A stretch of DNA of 64,000 bases from Laetmonice hystrix (Eukaryota), in assembly GCA_965235115.1 (NCBI GenBank), contig OZ249439.1, positions 17,670,001 through 17,734,000 on the forward strand, given 5' to 3'. Position numbers and translations under genes: made by a program. Below, one piece after another: positions 34,794-47,090 of this stretch. The notes beneath the pieces are model-generated. The model was not told the DNA's origin and searched no databases. It worked only from the letters and a program-made list of their open reading frames with translations. Position 1 is the stretch's first letter. Each line of letters opens with the position of its first letter.

Positions 34794-37700
34794 AGAGGGG
34801 GTTAATTACGGGTGGTAAACGCTGACACCTGAAGGATGAAAGTGTGCGTCTCTCCGGGAGATAACATAGAACCTAAACGAGGACTGGTTCAACAATAATT
34901 TTTCATACAAACGAATCTTTGGAGTAGGCCTATGGACAGTTCTTCAAAGTTAATCGTAAACTGATTGGTTTTACCTCCAGACACTGGAGCAGCGACACTG
35001 TAATAAATAGGCCTGCTGATACGGGTTGTCGTTCCCCGGAGAAAGAGTTCCTGTTAGTAGTGTTACCTTATGCCCACCATGAGACTGTTTCCACCCAGGT
35101 CTGTCACCCTAGGTACGTCCTCCCGGATGGGCTGTCTAGGTTCAGAGGAAGTCAACTGCCTCCGGTGACAGGACTCAGTGGTTCAAATGAATCTTGCTGT
35201 CGGGAGGCCTTTTCACCACGAAGAGACTGAGTCCATGTAACTCAAGTGTCCGACTGTTATCAATGTCTCCACTGATATTCTTGTGGTTCTCCCCAGTGGG
35301 TGCATCACAACCTCCAACCTTTTTTTTACATTTGTAACTTTATCCAGCAGAAAAGGTATATTAAATTCAATCGGAATGTGGCATGGGCCAGGTACTTTGT
35401 GCTGATAAGGAAACCATGACCTTTATGTTATCGCGTACATCTGATATGTGACAGTGACAAATGTTTTAAATGTGGAAAATCATGGTTTGGTGGGTTTTTT
35501 TTAGAAAGGTCAATAAATTCTTTTCTATTGAGTATGTGCCATCGTGTAGTGAAGCAATACGTCTTGGCTCCAGCGATGCAAACATTATTTAGGTTACGAC
35601 TACAAATTGAGGCATTCAGTGAACGTGATGCTGCAGGGCGTTGCGGTAATGATATTGGCCCTCTGTTGACTAACAATGGAACTATTGATGCATAAGAAAC
35701 CAGGTGGCAGTACTGTGGCATATCTGGCCGAGGATCGTTGGTGAATGCACACCGCAGATCTACACCGACGCAGACGCGCGGCAATCAAACCTGTACCCAC
35801 TTTTCTTCAGGCCTGACCTCTACCGGCGTTAACCTTTCACGGCTGCTGTTTAATGTACTTGGTTTAGAGATGGTCCATTTTGATACGGACTTCCTCTGCC
35901 CTGGATGGTATCTGTCCAGCGTACCTGGTGAAACACTGCCCCGTCTGTAGCAGGCCTACTGATAGTCTGTCACTCAGGCCCGCCCGGCCAGTGTCCTGGG
36001 GAAGTCCATCCCCATCCCGTGGCCCTCCGCCTCGTCCCATGCCTATTTGCTGGTCACGCCCATAGTGTCCGCTGATGGTCACATACTTCAGCCCCAGTTT
36101 GTGACAGATACTTGCCTCAGGTCTCAACCAGACAGTGGGGATTGGTTGGAGGATGAGTGTCAGAACAATGTCCGACTTCTTTAAGTGAGCTGCGTGAAAC
36201 GGGCGTTAGGGCCAGCGTGTAATAATGAAAGGGTCGGGTGTTTAGGGGCCCAGGGCACTCTCTGCGGCGGCTCCGAGTGGGGAGTGACTGGAGGGGATAC
36301 ACCACAGCTGTTACACGTCCACGGCTAGGTTTACAAAACAACCCGTGCACGAGCCAAGTCTATGTTCCGGGCATGCTCTGTTTCGAGGCCAGGTTGTGTA
36401 GTTAGCAGACGGTAGAGCCGAGTGGCAGGGGGCACGCGGCGGTACTGGAAGGAGCTGACGTATAGACACGGTAGATAGCATCAGTTTGGTATCCAACCAT
36501 ACAACACTTGCTGGCTCAGCACAGGACTGGAGCATCCAGGAGAGGGTTCATTTTTAGACTGCCAGCTGCCCTCGGAGGGTGACACATTTGTAACTGACAG
36601 CCGGATTGGCATCCTTGTTTAGAACTGGGCAGAAGGAAAGGTCAACCCTCCATGGATATATATCCTCCTGTCAACTGGGCTCAAACCAAGCTGGGCGCGA
36701 GGTGAAAGTCGCCCTGAGGACATCAAAGTCATCAACAGGATGAGGCAGCTCAAGAATCGCCAAGAACTCTCTCCGTGAAATGAACAATTGAAAAGGAGAT
36801 ATTCTCACCAAATCAGTGAGGGCCTGCGGAGGTGGTCCCAGGTTGGCAGCAGTTGGTCGGAGTCATCACCTGTGACCATAGCCACGGACTAGGTGGACTT
36901 GTGGTACAATCTATGTCACCACATCAGTCGGACAAGTTGGCAAACAACAACAAAACAACGTGAAGGTAACAAAAAAGTCGGGTCATTCTTCCATTGATCA
37001 TCTTCAGGAAACGTGTGACGTAACATGTAACGTACGTAACAAGTGTTCACACAAAGGTATGGCCTTTTGATCTCTGGCCGTGAAGAAATGAACTAGCGGG
37101 TAAATTATGTGATGGAATAAGTTAAGGCTGAAAGAAAGAATGGAAGATAAATACGCGGTTACCTGTTTGCTATACAGCATTGCCTAGGGTCGTTAGGGGT
37201 AGCTTTTAGACATGAGTGATGAAGTGACGGATGACCGCCCGGGACAGGTCTAAGTTGATTCCCCTTATTCCCATAGACACTGGGACAACTACATCAATAT
37301 CCAGCGGGTTGGAGGAGAGAAGGGAAGATTTACTCTCATCAAAAACTGCATTTTAGATTAAAGTGTTCTTTTATTTCATATCCAGTCATATCTGGGAAAG
37401 CGGAAGTCACGAAGGGCGTTTCCAAATATTGATTTCAGAAGGTAGTTATGGTGCACCTGCTATTTGAAAGGCAAAGGCTTTAGCGGAAATCAATTTGAGG
37501 AATGGATTATGTGCTCTCGGTATGTGCGAAATTTGATATATCTGCAGCGTTCCTGCTGGTTAAAAAGGATGAGTTGAAGGCTACAGATGTCAGTTCAACT
37601 CTGGCGAAAGGTAGGATCCTTGCGCCTAGTGTAGGTGCCGCTGAGCTTGGCCCACATGTTGACTGTGACCGGCTCGTGGTGTGCCTTGTTATGTGCCATA

Positions 37701-38426
37701 CTGTCGGTGTGAAAGGCCGACCACACCGATCAGCATCGCTCCCCGCCCGGCCATCCGGCACAGGCTGGTGGAGATCTACTCGGCCTGAACAGCTGGTCCA
37801 CTGAATCAGATGTTTACATCACTATGGCCACCCAGGTGAGGGAACAACTCAAGATGGGTGAATGATAACGCCAAAACAACAGTAGGATTAATAGCTTTGT
37901 CATTTACTTTGTTAAAAAAAACTGGTCAAAGCAATTTGTGGCATATGAATGAGGGAAGGACATTGATGTTTTAAAAATATTGAAAAGACCACTATTCTCT
38001 CCAGGAAAGTTATCTCACTTTTTATTGTTGTGAGTCATATGCGGATAAATTATGAAACGCTCACCTGATTCAATGGAATCATGGATCCAGTATTTCTGTA
38101 TGGCCAGTTCAAAAAGATCCTGCTGTACGAGCTGTATCCAGACCAGCATCATTAACTTCGCTGGCTGAGATCTGTATCACCCTGCCGTTCACAGTGACGC
38201 CCTCTGACACCAGGGGTTGAGTTTATCTACCCCACTCCGCCTTGTATGGAAATATTTGAGGTTGAGATATATTAATTTGGGTATTCAAAAGCCTGTAAAT
38301 AAAGTGAAACATTTAAAGAGGGAAGGTGGGAGGTTATCTTGGCCGGGACATCAGAACGACCTGAGGGTTGAGTGAGGGAACCTGAACCTGCCTACAGACA
38401 AGAAGCTCTTACATTGTCTAGTGATA

Positions 38427-38584
38427 CCCAGTAAACCTGGAATACGACAGAATCACTGACGAGTAGTCAGTACAATAATACGGTTAGCTCCCGCCGCGCC
38501 TCATGCCCAGTAAACCTGGAATACGACAGAATCACTGACGAGTAGTCAGTTCGATAATACGGTTAGCTCTCGCCGCGCCTTATG
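38427..38584. repeat. 79-bp tandem duplication
   Basis: CCCAGTAAACCTGGAATACGACAG... at 38427 and 38506. Confidence 0.93.
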
Positions 38585-40300
38585 AAAACAGTCCATAGTG
38601 CAGGATTGTCTCAATGATTTATAAACCATGCCCAGGGGACATTTTTCTGTATTTCTATACGGATAGATGTTTGAATTATGAGTGACATGTTAAAATAAGA
38701 AGTGACTTGACGTGCGTGTTGATATATGATATGGTTAGAAGTGGACTGATAAAAATACGGGGGAAGTGATCCTAAACATATGGCTTAAAATAGATTTTGG
38801 GTCAGCCATCTGTTAAAGCGATCACTTCCTGTTTTAGTTCAACCGACAGATTCAACCTGAAATGGAAATCGTGCAGGTTTACTGGTTATAAGAGGGGGTG
38901 ATGTGTTGAGAGTGGAGAACACACCACCTCATCGATAGAAGGCACCCATACATGTAGATCTACCATCTATGATCTGTCATAACTAATCCGCAGGAACAGG
39001 TGCAAATTAAAGCAAGGCACTTACTTCCCTGAGCCCAGTTTTCTGTCAGATAAAAACTATATTTTATTGTAAGGAGTGTTAAGGACACACGTTCCTATTA
39101 AAAAAGATGGCAGGTATAGGTTGATTTATTCTGTCTACCACGCCCTGGTGTTAGTGGTAGAACATGGCAAACCACTTTGGTGACGAGGTACCATAGCTGT
39201 TAGGGGAAAAAGTGTATTGCTCCAAGGAATATGGGCGTTGAAAGAGTTGTCTGTGCAGTTTTTGAACGCATTCACAAGGCCCATGACCGTCAGTACTGTA
39301 GGGTGGATTGTTATAACGGTATATAAGTGGCAGTTTAGTAAACATTGCACGCCCTGTGGGATCTCTCAGATAGAGGAAGTTAGGTGTCGCCATCATGAAG
39401 ACAGCATGATGGGTCTAGCCGGCACACCTGGCCACACCTTGTGATTGGCTAGAGCGGAGGATTCCGCCATCACCATCTGCCTGTCTTCAAACACAATTCG
39501 CCCTCACGAATTACTCTTGTGTGGGGTTGTGCATTGATTTTGCCATGAACATCCTTGGATTACGATACCTAGGAAGATCTAATCCACGGCAACAAGCTGG
39601 GGAGTTGTTTGGATGAATTATAAAGGATTAGTCCAAGGTGTAATGTGGGAGACAGAGGAGTTCCCTGACCGTGACAAACCGTACCTAGGTTTTGGTAGGT
39701 CATGGTCCTTGTGAAATATAGTCAGAGGTTAGGTGATACAAGCTACACGTAAACAGGGTGGTTGTTTGGGGGTAGTCTCAGGCAGACAGGGCCGCGTTGT
39801 TCAGACCCGGTCGGACCACCGACATGCTACGAGACTTGCTGGCATTCTCATGGCATCAAAACCTGCCGAGTAAATAAGTGAGCACAGGTCAGTGATAGGT
39901 TTAAAGTTAACATCCGAGACATTGCTGAAACCAGTGAAAAAAATAGTAAACATGAAAATAAACAGCTGCGTCGAAGTAAATATGTATATGAACCACCAGT
40001 GTGACTGTGCATCCATGCATGCCATTCCTCTACTAAAGGTAATTTTTCAAAGTCCGTAGTCACTCAACCATGGTGGATTGGGTCAAAAAAGAGCGACCTA
40101 CACTCCCTGAAAACTGGGAGTGTTTCTCCGCACTCAAATGTGTTCAGATTGGATTGTGCCGTTAGAGTGATAGAATGGGGAGTGAAGTTGTCCCTGGTGA
40201 CGTTATTTGGATACAGTCCCAGTGTGGCGTCATCTGTGGATGAACGGACGGTCGACCATTACGTGGACCATTGACCAGGTGGTGTACCAGTGCTGCCACC

Positions 40301-40328
40301 ATGTGGACGTTCACCTCTATCCTGGCAG
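40301..40328 (+). CDS. Candidate proximal first coding exon (MWTFTSILA + G)
   Basis: GCCACCATG context and CAG|GTAACT phase-1 donor, 550 bp upstream of the SAM exon. Confidence 0.45.
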
Positions 40329-40877
40329 GTAACTCGGACATCTGTGACAGGTCACGATCTGGAAGGCCATAATTTGAGGTGTTCCTAGGAGAGGAGAGAC
40401 AAAGGTTGTTTAAACCGTGTGGAAGATGTAATCCATAAACCAGGGACGTTTCCATAGAATGTATTATACGTGTAATGGACATAATGACTGTAGCATTGAT
40501 TGAGGTAACCGGAATGTAAGTGTGTTGTAGCCTGCTGACTGGGTGTGACGAAGATGTACACGTATTCTATTCCAATGTGCTGTACACAGCTGATGTTAGC
40601 GACCTTGGTCTAATGAGATGATGCCTCGTGTCATCTTTTCCATGGCTGTTTTACGGCCATGAAAGCTGCTTCTTCAAGATATCACAATTATTGTAGTGTT
40701 ACATATCTTGTTATTTTCTGCAGTGATATGAAAAACGTGATTCGTGGAGCCCTGCGACCTCCCTGCAGTGTACCTTTTAGCAGGAGTCGGTCTTCTTTTA
40801 TCAAGACTATATTCTTGGAGTCCCTTGCAAACATAAACTTGACGCGATTCTGACCAAAAATTGTTGATGTTTTTCAG

Positions 40878-40949
40878 AGATCGAAGCAGTCGAGGCCTGC
40901 AAATGGCTGCGGGCGGCTGGATTCCCGCAGTATGCTCAGATGTATGAAG
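40878..40949 (+). CDS. DLC1/STARD13: DLC-family RhoGAP, SAM-domain exon 1: (E)IEAVEACKWLRAAGFPQYAQMYE
   Basis: TTTTTCAG acceptor, GAAG|GTAAGC donor. Peptide matches the recalled DLC/STARD13 signature EIEAKEACDWLRAAGFPQYAQLYE. Confidence 0.97.
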
Positions 40950-43900
40950 GTAAGCGATGTAAAGAACTTTCCACTTGGAACTTGGTTTATGGAGTTACGC
41001 ATACTAGTAGTTACGCTAGATTTAGGAAACCTTTTGCAGATGGTTATCACCGAATGGCCCATTTATACCTCGTGGATGTTGGCAGCAGATTTATCACGAG
41101 GATCTCTGCCTTGTTACAGGATTAAAACATGTACACGATGAAGACATCATGTTATTGTACACCTGCTATGAGAACATAAACACAGGAGTTACGACTAAAT
41201 TAGAGATTGGCATTTACGAGCTTACCTCAGTCTGGGAAATCTGAGCCCAAAGGTGTTAAGGGTTCAAGTAAGGGTCTTTAGCTTTCATTTAACGTCGATT
41301 ACCCTAAATCTGGGGGTGAAACCAGGGGGGACGTGGAAGGTAATGGTGTAAGAGGTAGGGACGTTGGCAGGTGACTGATAGATCTGGACGTCTCACCAGG
41401 TGGGTCGTCCCAGACTGTGGCAGCCTATCCATCACAGCCACACGGCGGCCCCGGCGCTCGTGCTCTCAGCTCTCTCCCGCTTATCGGAAGCAAATTGCGT
41501 GGTGGCCACGCCCAGAGGCCCCGGTCGGTGGGTAATGAGTGGAACACGGAGTTACAGGACGCTTCCCGTCTCACATAGACCGTGGTACCTGCTGGAGAAC
41601 ACGCCGGCCGCCCAGTACACACACCGACCTTGATCGAATTTACTTTGGGGAAATTCAGCACTGTGATTTTTACCTCGTGAAGTGTGAGGATAACGTCCTG
41701 ATCCTGTGTTTGAATTGTGGCCAGAGAGGGACGTCAACATCCTGAGTCCCTGAAACATGTTTTCTCGTAATTCCCCACTCAAAGGATCCATTGTTTCAGT
41801 CCACTCAGGAGTCGGATTCCTATATAAATGTTCTCAAACATATAATTGTAACAGGTTCATTTTACTAGCATATGGTACACGAAAATGATGATCCACCTGA
41901 AGAGATTTATTGTCTTTTGAGGGAGGTATTCCTGCAAGCAATTAAATTGTTTATGGCTCCCAATGGTAGCAAATGGTTGCCGATGGCCAAGTTACTTATG
42001 CTGGCCTTCATCTCGGAATCTATTGCAGGCTGCATCAATTTCAAGTAAAAGCACCAAAGATGTGCCAACCCCGTCCCACCCGCCCCCTCTCAAAAAAAGG
42101 GAGAAAGAAATCAGGTGTCTCAAAAAAAGGAGAAAGAAATCAGGTGTCTACGTTTTCCTCGAGGACTTGGCAAGTCGATAAGTGTGAATGTTTGATTTTT
42201 TTAGATTAAAACATTTTTGATGTTTAGCGTGGTAGTGCTTCTTTTCATTTTGGTTAGCGGGACAGCACTTGTGTTGGTTGCCTCAGTGAATAGGACTGAA
42301 ACCTGGTACCGGTGGGGGATAGTCGTACTGGTGATTACCTTAGATTGTAGCAGGTCATTTTGTTCAGTTTCAACATCAGAAATGGCTCTACTTATAAAAG
42401 TTTGAAGGTAACAAGAAGCAGTCGACATGCATGAGTATTCACTATGAAGGAAAACAGTGTTTTGAAGTCCAGTTTTCAACTTGATGACTTTTGCACCTGT
42501 CATTTTCAATCCCCTTGGTGAATGAAGGTTAATTTACCTAAACAATAGGTGAATTCTGTCGAAATGTGCGAACGGGCAAGTCAGCATAACTGGCTAAATT
42601 ATTCTTTTAAACCACAGATGGGGAATTCTTTTATGTGATGGTTATAATCGGGTTCAGGGGTACAGTTGGTGCGTCACTGACTGAGGCAAAGTGTGCTCAT
42701 TGACAGCCTCTATCTGTGAATCTGCTACTCGAAAGGTTTTGGATGAAAATTCTTTTTACTGCTTTTTACTCATTGGTGCTGTTGTTGTATTGTATGCAGC
42801 TGTTTTTAAAAAAAGAGAAAAGAGGTGGCTGAATTATCAGCGTTAGGATGAAATAAAATAATAAGCTGTCACTTGAAACGATCAGTATAGGACCTTTCCG
42901 AAACAGAAGAAGCTTGTTAACTAGAAGAAAATGAAGACCACAAGATGGCCTCTGGGAAAGATTAAATCATTGGGCTGAAATATGAGCGTCAGAGTTAATA
43001 TGGAGTATGTCGTTTTTAGGAGTTTGTGGGTAGACCATTGGAGGCGACGAGTGCCCCACCCCGACCCCAAACCTGGCGGTCAGGTCTCCGGGGAGGGGAG
43101 GAAGGTCAGTCACACAGGTGTGAGTTATGAGCCAGGAGCCAGGCTCCACAGGCTCCTCTGAGATTACATGTTACCCAGACGTTAGCCTGTGGACGTTATG
43201 CTCACATTGTGCTCTCAGCGCCAGCATTCTCCACTATCAATTTGTCGGCCATACACCGGCAAGGATAACCGCACACCGGCAAAAACTCGCATGTCGGCTC
43301 GCAGAAAAAAGGCGGCTCACTTGAGGGCCTCCACGTGTGGGGCTGTAGGTGGCACTGAAGGTCGCCCCTACCGACTAGAGGTTGGCAATGAGATATGACA
43401 GCATTTTTTCACCTCTGGCCACAGCTGGTGCCAAGAGCAACAGTAAAGAGCTTGGAGTATGGCCAGTTACAGATCTAAGTACCAACTGTCGGGCCATGTC
43501 TACCTACAGCTGAGCATGCTCTTCTTCCACCAGGTGAAACTTCCGGCAACACAGGCAAAAGTATTTTTATCCACAGAGTTTAGCGTCAGTAAACATAAGT
43601 ATGATTTACGTGGACGGGTCAGGTTTGTCAACAGACACCATGCTGAGATAAAAAGGCGCCGTCAGCCTCCCGCTGTGTGTATTGTAGACGTATACCGGTG
43701 AGATCTCAAGGATCAAAACCTGCTCTGCTATGTTTTTAAATGACCGTGGATTAAAAATAAAAGGTTATTCCCGTGTTCCCGCTGGTTCCGTTACTGTACG
43801 TGGATACCACTTTGCATTTTGATAGATACTGGATTACCATTAGATTGCGAGCCCGATTTGAACCACTAGGTTACACCTTGTACCACGCCCAACTCCGAGT

Positions 43901-45152
43901 GCAGTAGAAAGGTCAGTGGTGTCAGAGAAGAGCCCATACTCATGGTAGGGACATGGATTGTGTCAGGTAGACACTTGTAGCTTTACCAGATGAATCTCTA
44001 TTCTCGGCGCCAGTATCTGGTATGATTTGCAGAGGTTGCCAAATTACAGAATGGAGACAAGTTGGAACATGTTTTATCATGATGCCGTTTTGTCGTCCCT
44101 ACGATAACCCCTTGCAACCAGAACTAAGAACTGGGAGACCCGTTCGTGATGGCGAGTACTCAATGAGGACCATACAGATCTGCAGACTTTAGCTGTTAGG
44201 GACCCGCTACCCAGGCCCACGTTCAGCGGTGTATTCATGTTGATGTAGTGTCGGATGAAGATAAGAACTAGACCCAGCTGAAGGGGAATCGTGTGTAAGG
44301 GCACATGGGGGACAGATTGTCAGAAGATGTGTGTGCAGCTAATGGGTCTTTAATGTATCACGAGGCTGTCTGGGCAGTGAAGTTGTCATGTAGAGCTTGA
44401 TTTACTTATAAGTAACTATTGACAAAACCTAAAAGTAGACACTTGGACACAGATCGTGTTTTGACTGGGTGGATAGGGGTGACAGTTCACCAGCGGGATA
44501 TGTAGAGGTCACTCCAGCAAGCGACCTCAAGCTAAGAGGTTGACCCTGGGGTCAGGGGTCCCTAATCTGGCCACATCTAATCTGGAGTGAGATAACAGTG
44601 AAGGGTTGAACTCGGAGTAGCTTGACCAAGACAGTCTTTGATGTACAGATAACTTAGTATTTATCTTCTTTCTACACTAAAGAGCGAATCACTTATCGGT
44701 GCCGAGACAGGCCAAACTTGTGATTGTCCATCATCAAGTAACTTCAAAGAGGAATCCATGGAACCACAATTAGTAATTAAAGTTCTCCCCTGCATTCGTA
44801 ATAGGTTATAAACCTTGAATATCATTAATTCAACATGGTGGCCTTTTTTCTGTCGGGGATGGGGGTGAGATTTAGTTGTGAAAAGAACCACATTTGTAGT
44901 GGTGGGAGCACGGTTGTATGTTGTACCTATTATATAGGCCTAACGACTTGTAAATTGACCATCTGTGTATGTAATAAAGTAACCTGTTTCTTAAATTCAT
45001 TCTCAGGTGTGTGATGGCGGCCCGTGTTGCGGACATTGTGGTCTTAAAGTTTGCAGTGTCAGCCGTGAAGGGTGGAGAGAATGATGGGCGGGTTAAGGCG
45101 AGGGGGCGGTGAACGGATCATGACAGCACGGTGGTCGTGTCATTGTGGCAAT

Positions 45153-47090
45153 CAGTGGGGGAGACGTGTGCCCTCAGGCTGGTGGTATACGGGTGGGAGG
45201 ACCTCAACCATACAGTAGGGGAGACGTGTGCCCTCAGGCTGGCGGTATACGGGTGGGAGGACCTCAACCATACAGTGGGGGAGACGTGTGCCCTCAGGCT
45301 GGCGGTATACGGGTGGGAGGACCTCAACCATACAGTGGAGGAGACGTGTGCCCTCAGGCTGGCGGTATACGGGTGGGAGGACCTCAACCATACAGTGGGG
45401 GAGACGTGTGCCCTCAGGCTGGCGGTATACGGGTGGGAGGACCTCAACCATACAGTGGGGGAGACGTGTGCCCTCAGGCTGGCGGTATACGGGTGGGAGG
45501 ACCTCAACCATACAGTAGGGGAGACGTGTGCCCTCAGGCTGGCGGTATACGGGTGGGAGGACCTCAACCATACAGTGGGGGAGACGTGTGCCCTCAAGCT
45601 GGCGGTATACGGGTGGGAGGACCTCAACCATACAGTGGAGGAGACGTGTGCCCTCAGGCTGGCGGTATACGGGTGGGAGGACCTCAACCATACAGTGGGG
45701 AAGACGTGTGCCCCCAGGCTGGCGGTATACGGGTGGGAGGACCTCAACCATACAGTGGGGGAGACGTGTGCCCTCAGGCTGGCGGTATACGGGTGGGAGG
45801 ACCTCAACCATACAGTGGGGAGACGTGTGCCCTCAGGCTGGCGGTATACGGGTGGGAGGACCTCAACCATACAGTGGGGGAGGCGTGTGCCCTCAGGCTG
45901 GCGGTATACGGGTGGGAGGACCTCAACCATACAGTGGAGGAGACGTGTGCCCTCAGGCTGGCGGTATACGGGTGGGAGGACCTCGACCATACAGTGGGGG
46001 AGACGTGTGCCCTCAGGCTGGCGGTATACGGGTGGGAGGACCTCGACCATACAGTGGGGGAGACGTGTGCCCTCAGGCTGGCGGTATACGGGTGGGAGGA
46101 CCTCAACCATACAGTGGAGGAGACGTGTGCCCTCAGGCTGGCGGTATACGGGTGGGAGGACCTCAAATCATACAGTGGAGGAGACGTGTGCCCTCAGGCT
46201 GGTGGTATACGGGTGGGAGGACCTCAACCATACAGTGGGGGAGACGTGTGCCCTCAGGCTGGCGGTATACGGGTGGGAGGACCTCAACCATACAGTGGGG
46301 GAGACGTGTGCCCTCAGGCTGGCGGTATACGGGTGGGAGGACCTCAACCATACAGTGGAGGAGACGTGTGCCCTCAGGCTGGCGGTATACGGGTGGGAGG
46401 ACCTCAACCATACAGTAGGGGAGACGTGTGCCCTCAGGCTGGCGGTATACGGGTGGGAGGACCTCAACCATATAGTGGGGGAGACGTGTGCCCTCAGGCT
46501 GGCGGTATACGGGTGGGAGGACCTCAACCATATAGTGGGGGAGACGTGTGCCCTCAGGCTGGCGGTATACGGGTGGGAGGACCTCAACCATACAGTGGGG
46601 GAGACGTGTGCCCTCAGGCTGGCGGTATACGGGTGGGAGGACCTCAACCATACAGTGGGGGAGACGTGTGCCCTCAGGCTGGCGGTATACGGGTGGGAGG
46701 ACCTCAACCATACAGTGGAGGAGACGTGTGCCCTCAGGCTGGCGGTATACGGGTGGGAGGACCTCAACCATACAGTAGGGGAGACGTGTGCCCTCAGGCT
46801 GGCGGTATACGGGTGGGAGGACCTCAACCATACAGTGGGGGAGACGTGTGCCCTCAGGCTGGCGGTATACGGGTGGGAGGACCTCAACCATACAGTGGGG
46901 GAGACGTGTGCCCTCAGGCTGGCGGTATACGGGTGGGAGGACCTCAACCATACAGTGGGGGAGACGTGTGCCCTCAGGCTGGCGGTATACGGGTGGGAGG
47001 ACCTCAACCATACAGTGGGGGAGACGTGTGCCCTCAGGCTGGCGGTATACGGGTGGGAGGACCTCAACCATACAGTGGGGGAGACGTGTG
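45153..47090. repeat. 60-bp minisatellite, about 32 copies, intronic
   Basis: Unit CAGTGGGGGAGACGTGTGCCCTCAGGCTGGCGGTATACGGGTGGGAGGACCTCAACCATA; only scattered point variants. Confidence 0.99.

Noticed and set aside
1585-37835. Donor-like sites at 1585, 4962, 9292, 14173, 17873, 24007, 26819, 30412 and 32776 as first coding exons
   Set aside because: An in-frame stop is met before any ATG in the required phase-1 frame (at 26819 the join itself creates TAG). They could still be UTR exons.
40876-40880. Distal AG of CAGAG as a phase-0 acceptor for the SAM exon
   Set aside because: A GAG acceptor two bases after a strong CAG is rarely used; no evidence from sequence alone.
42217-42405. Hydrophobic ORF containing TETW, like a LINE endonuclease motif
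   Set aside because: The surrounding endonuclease motifs are absent.
45178-45185. Exact E. coli Chi octamer GCTGGTGG in two units of the 60-bp array
   Set aside because: Chi acts through bacterial RecBCD and most units carry GCTGGCGG. Used only as a variant marker.
18032-47090. CRISPR-like reading of the regular arrays
   Set aside because: The units are head-to-tail with no unique spacers, there are no cas genes, and the context is eukaryotic and intronic.
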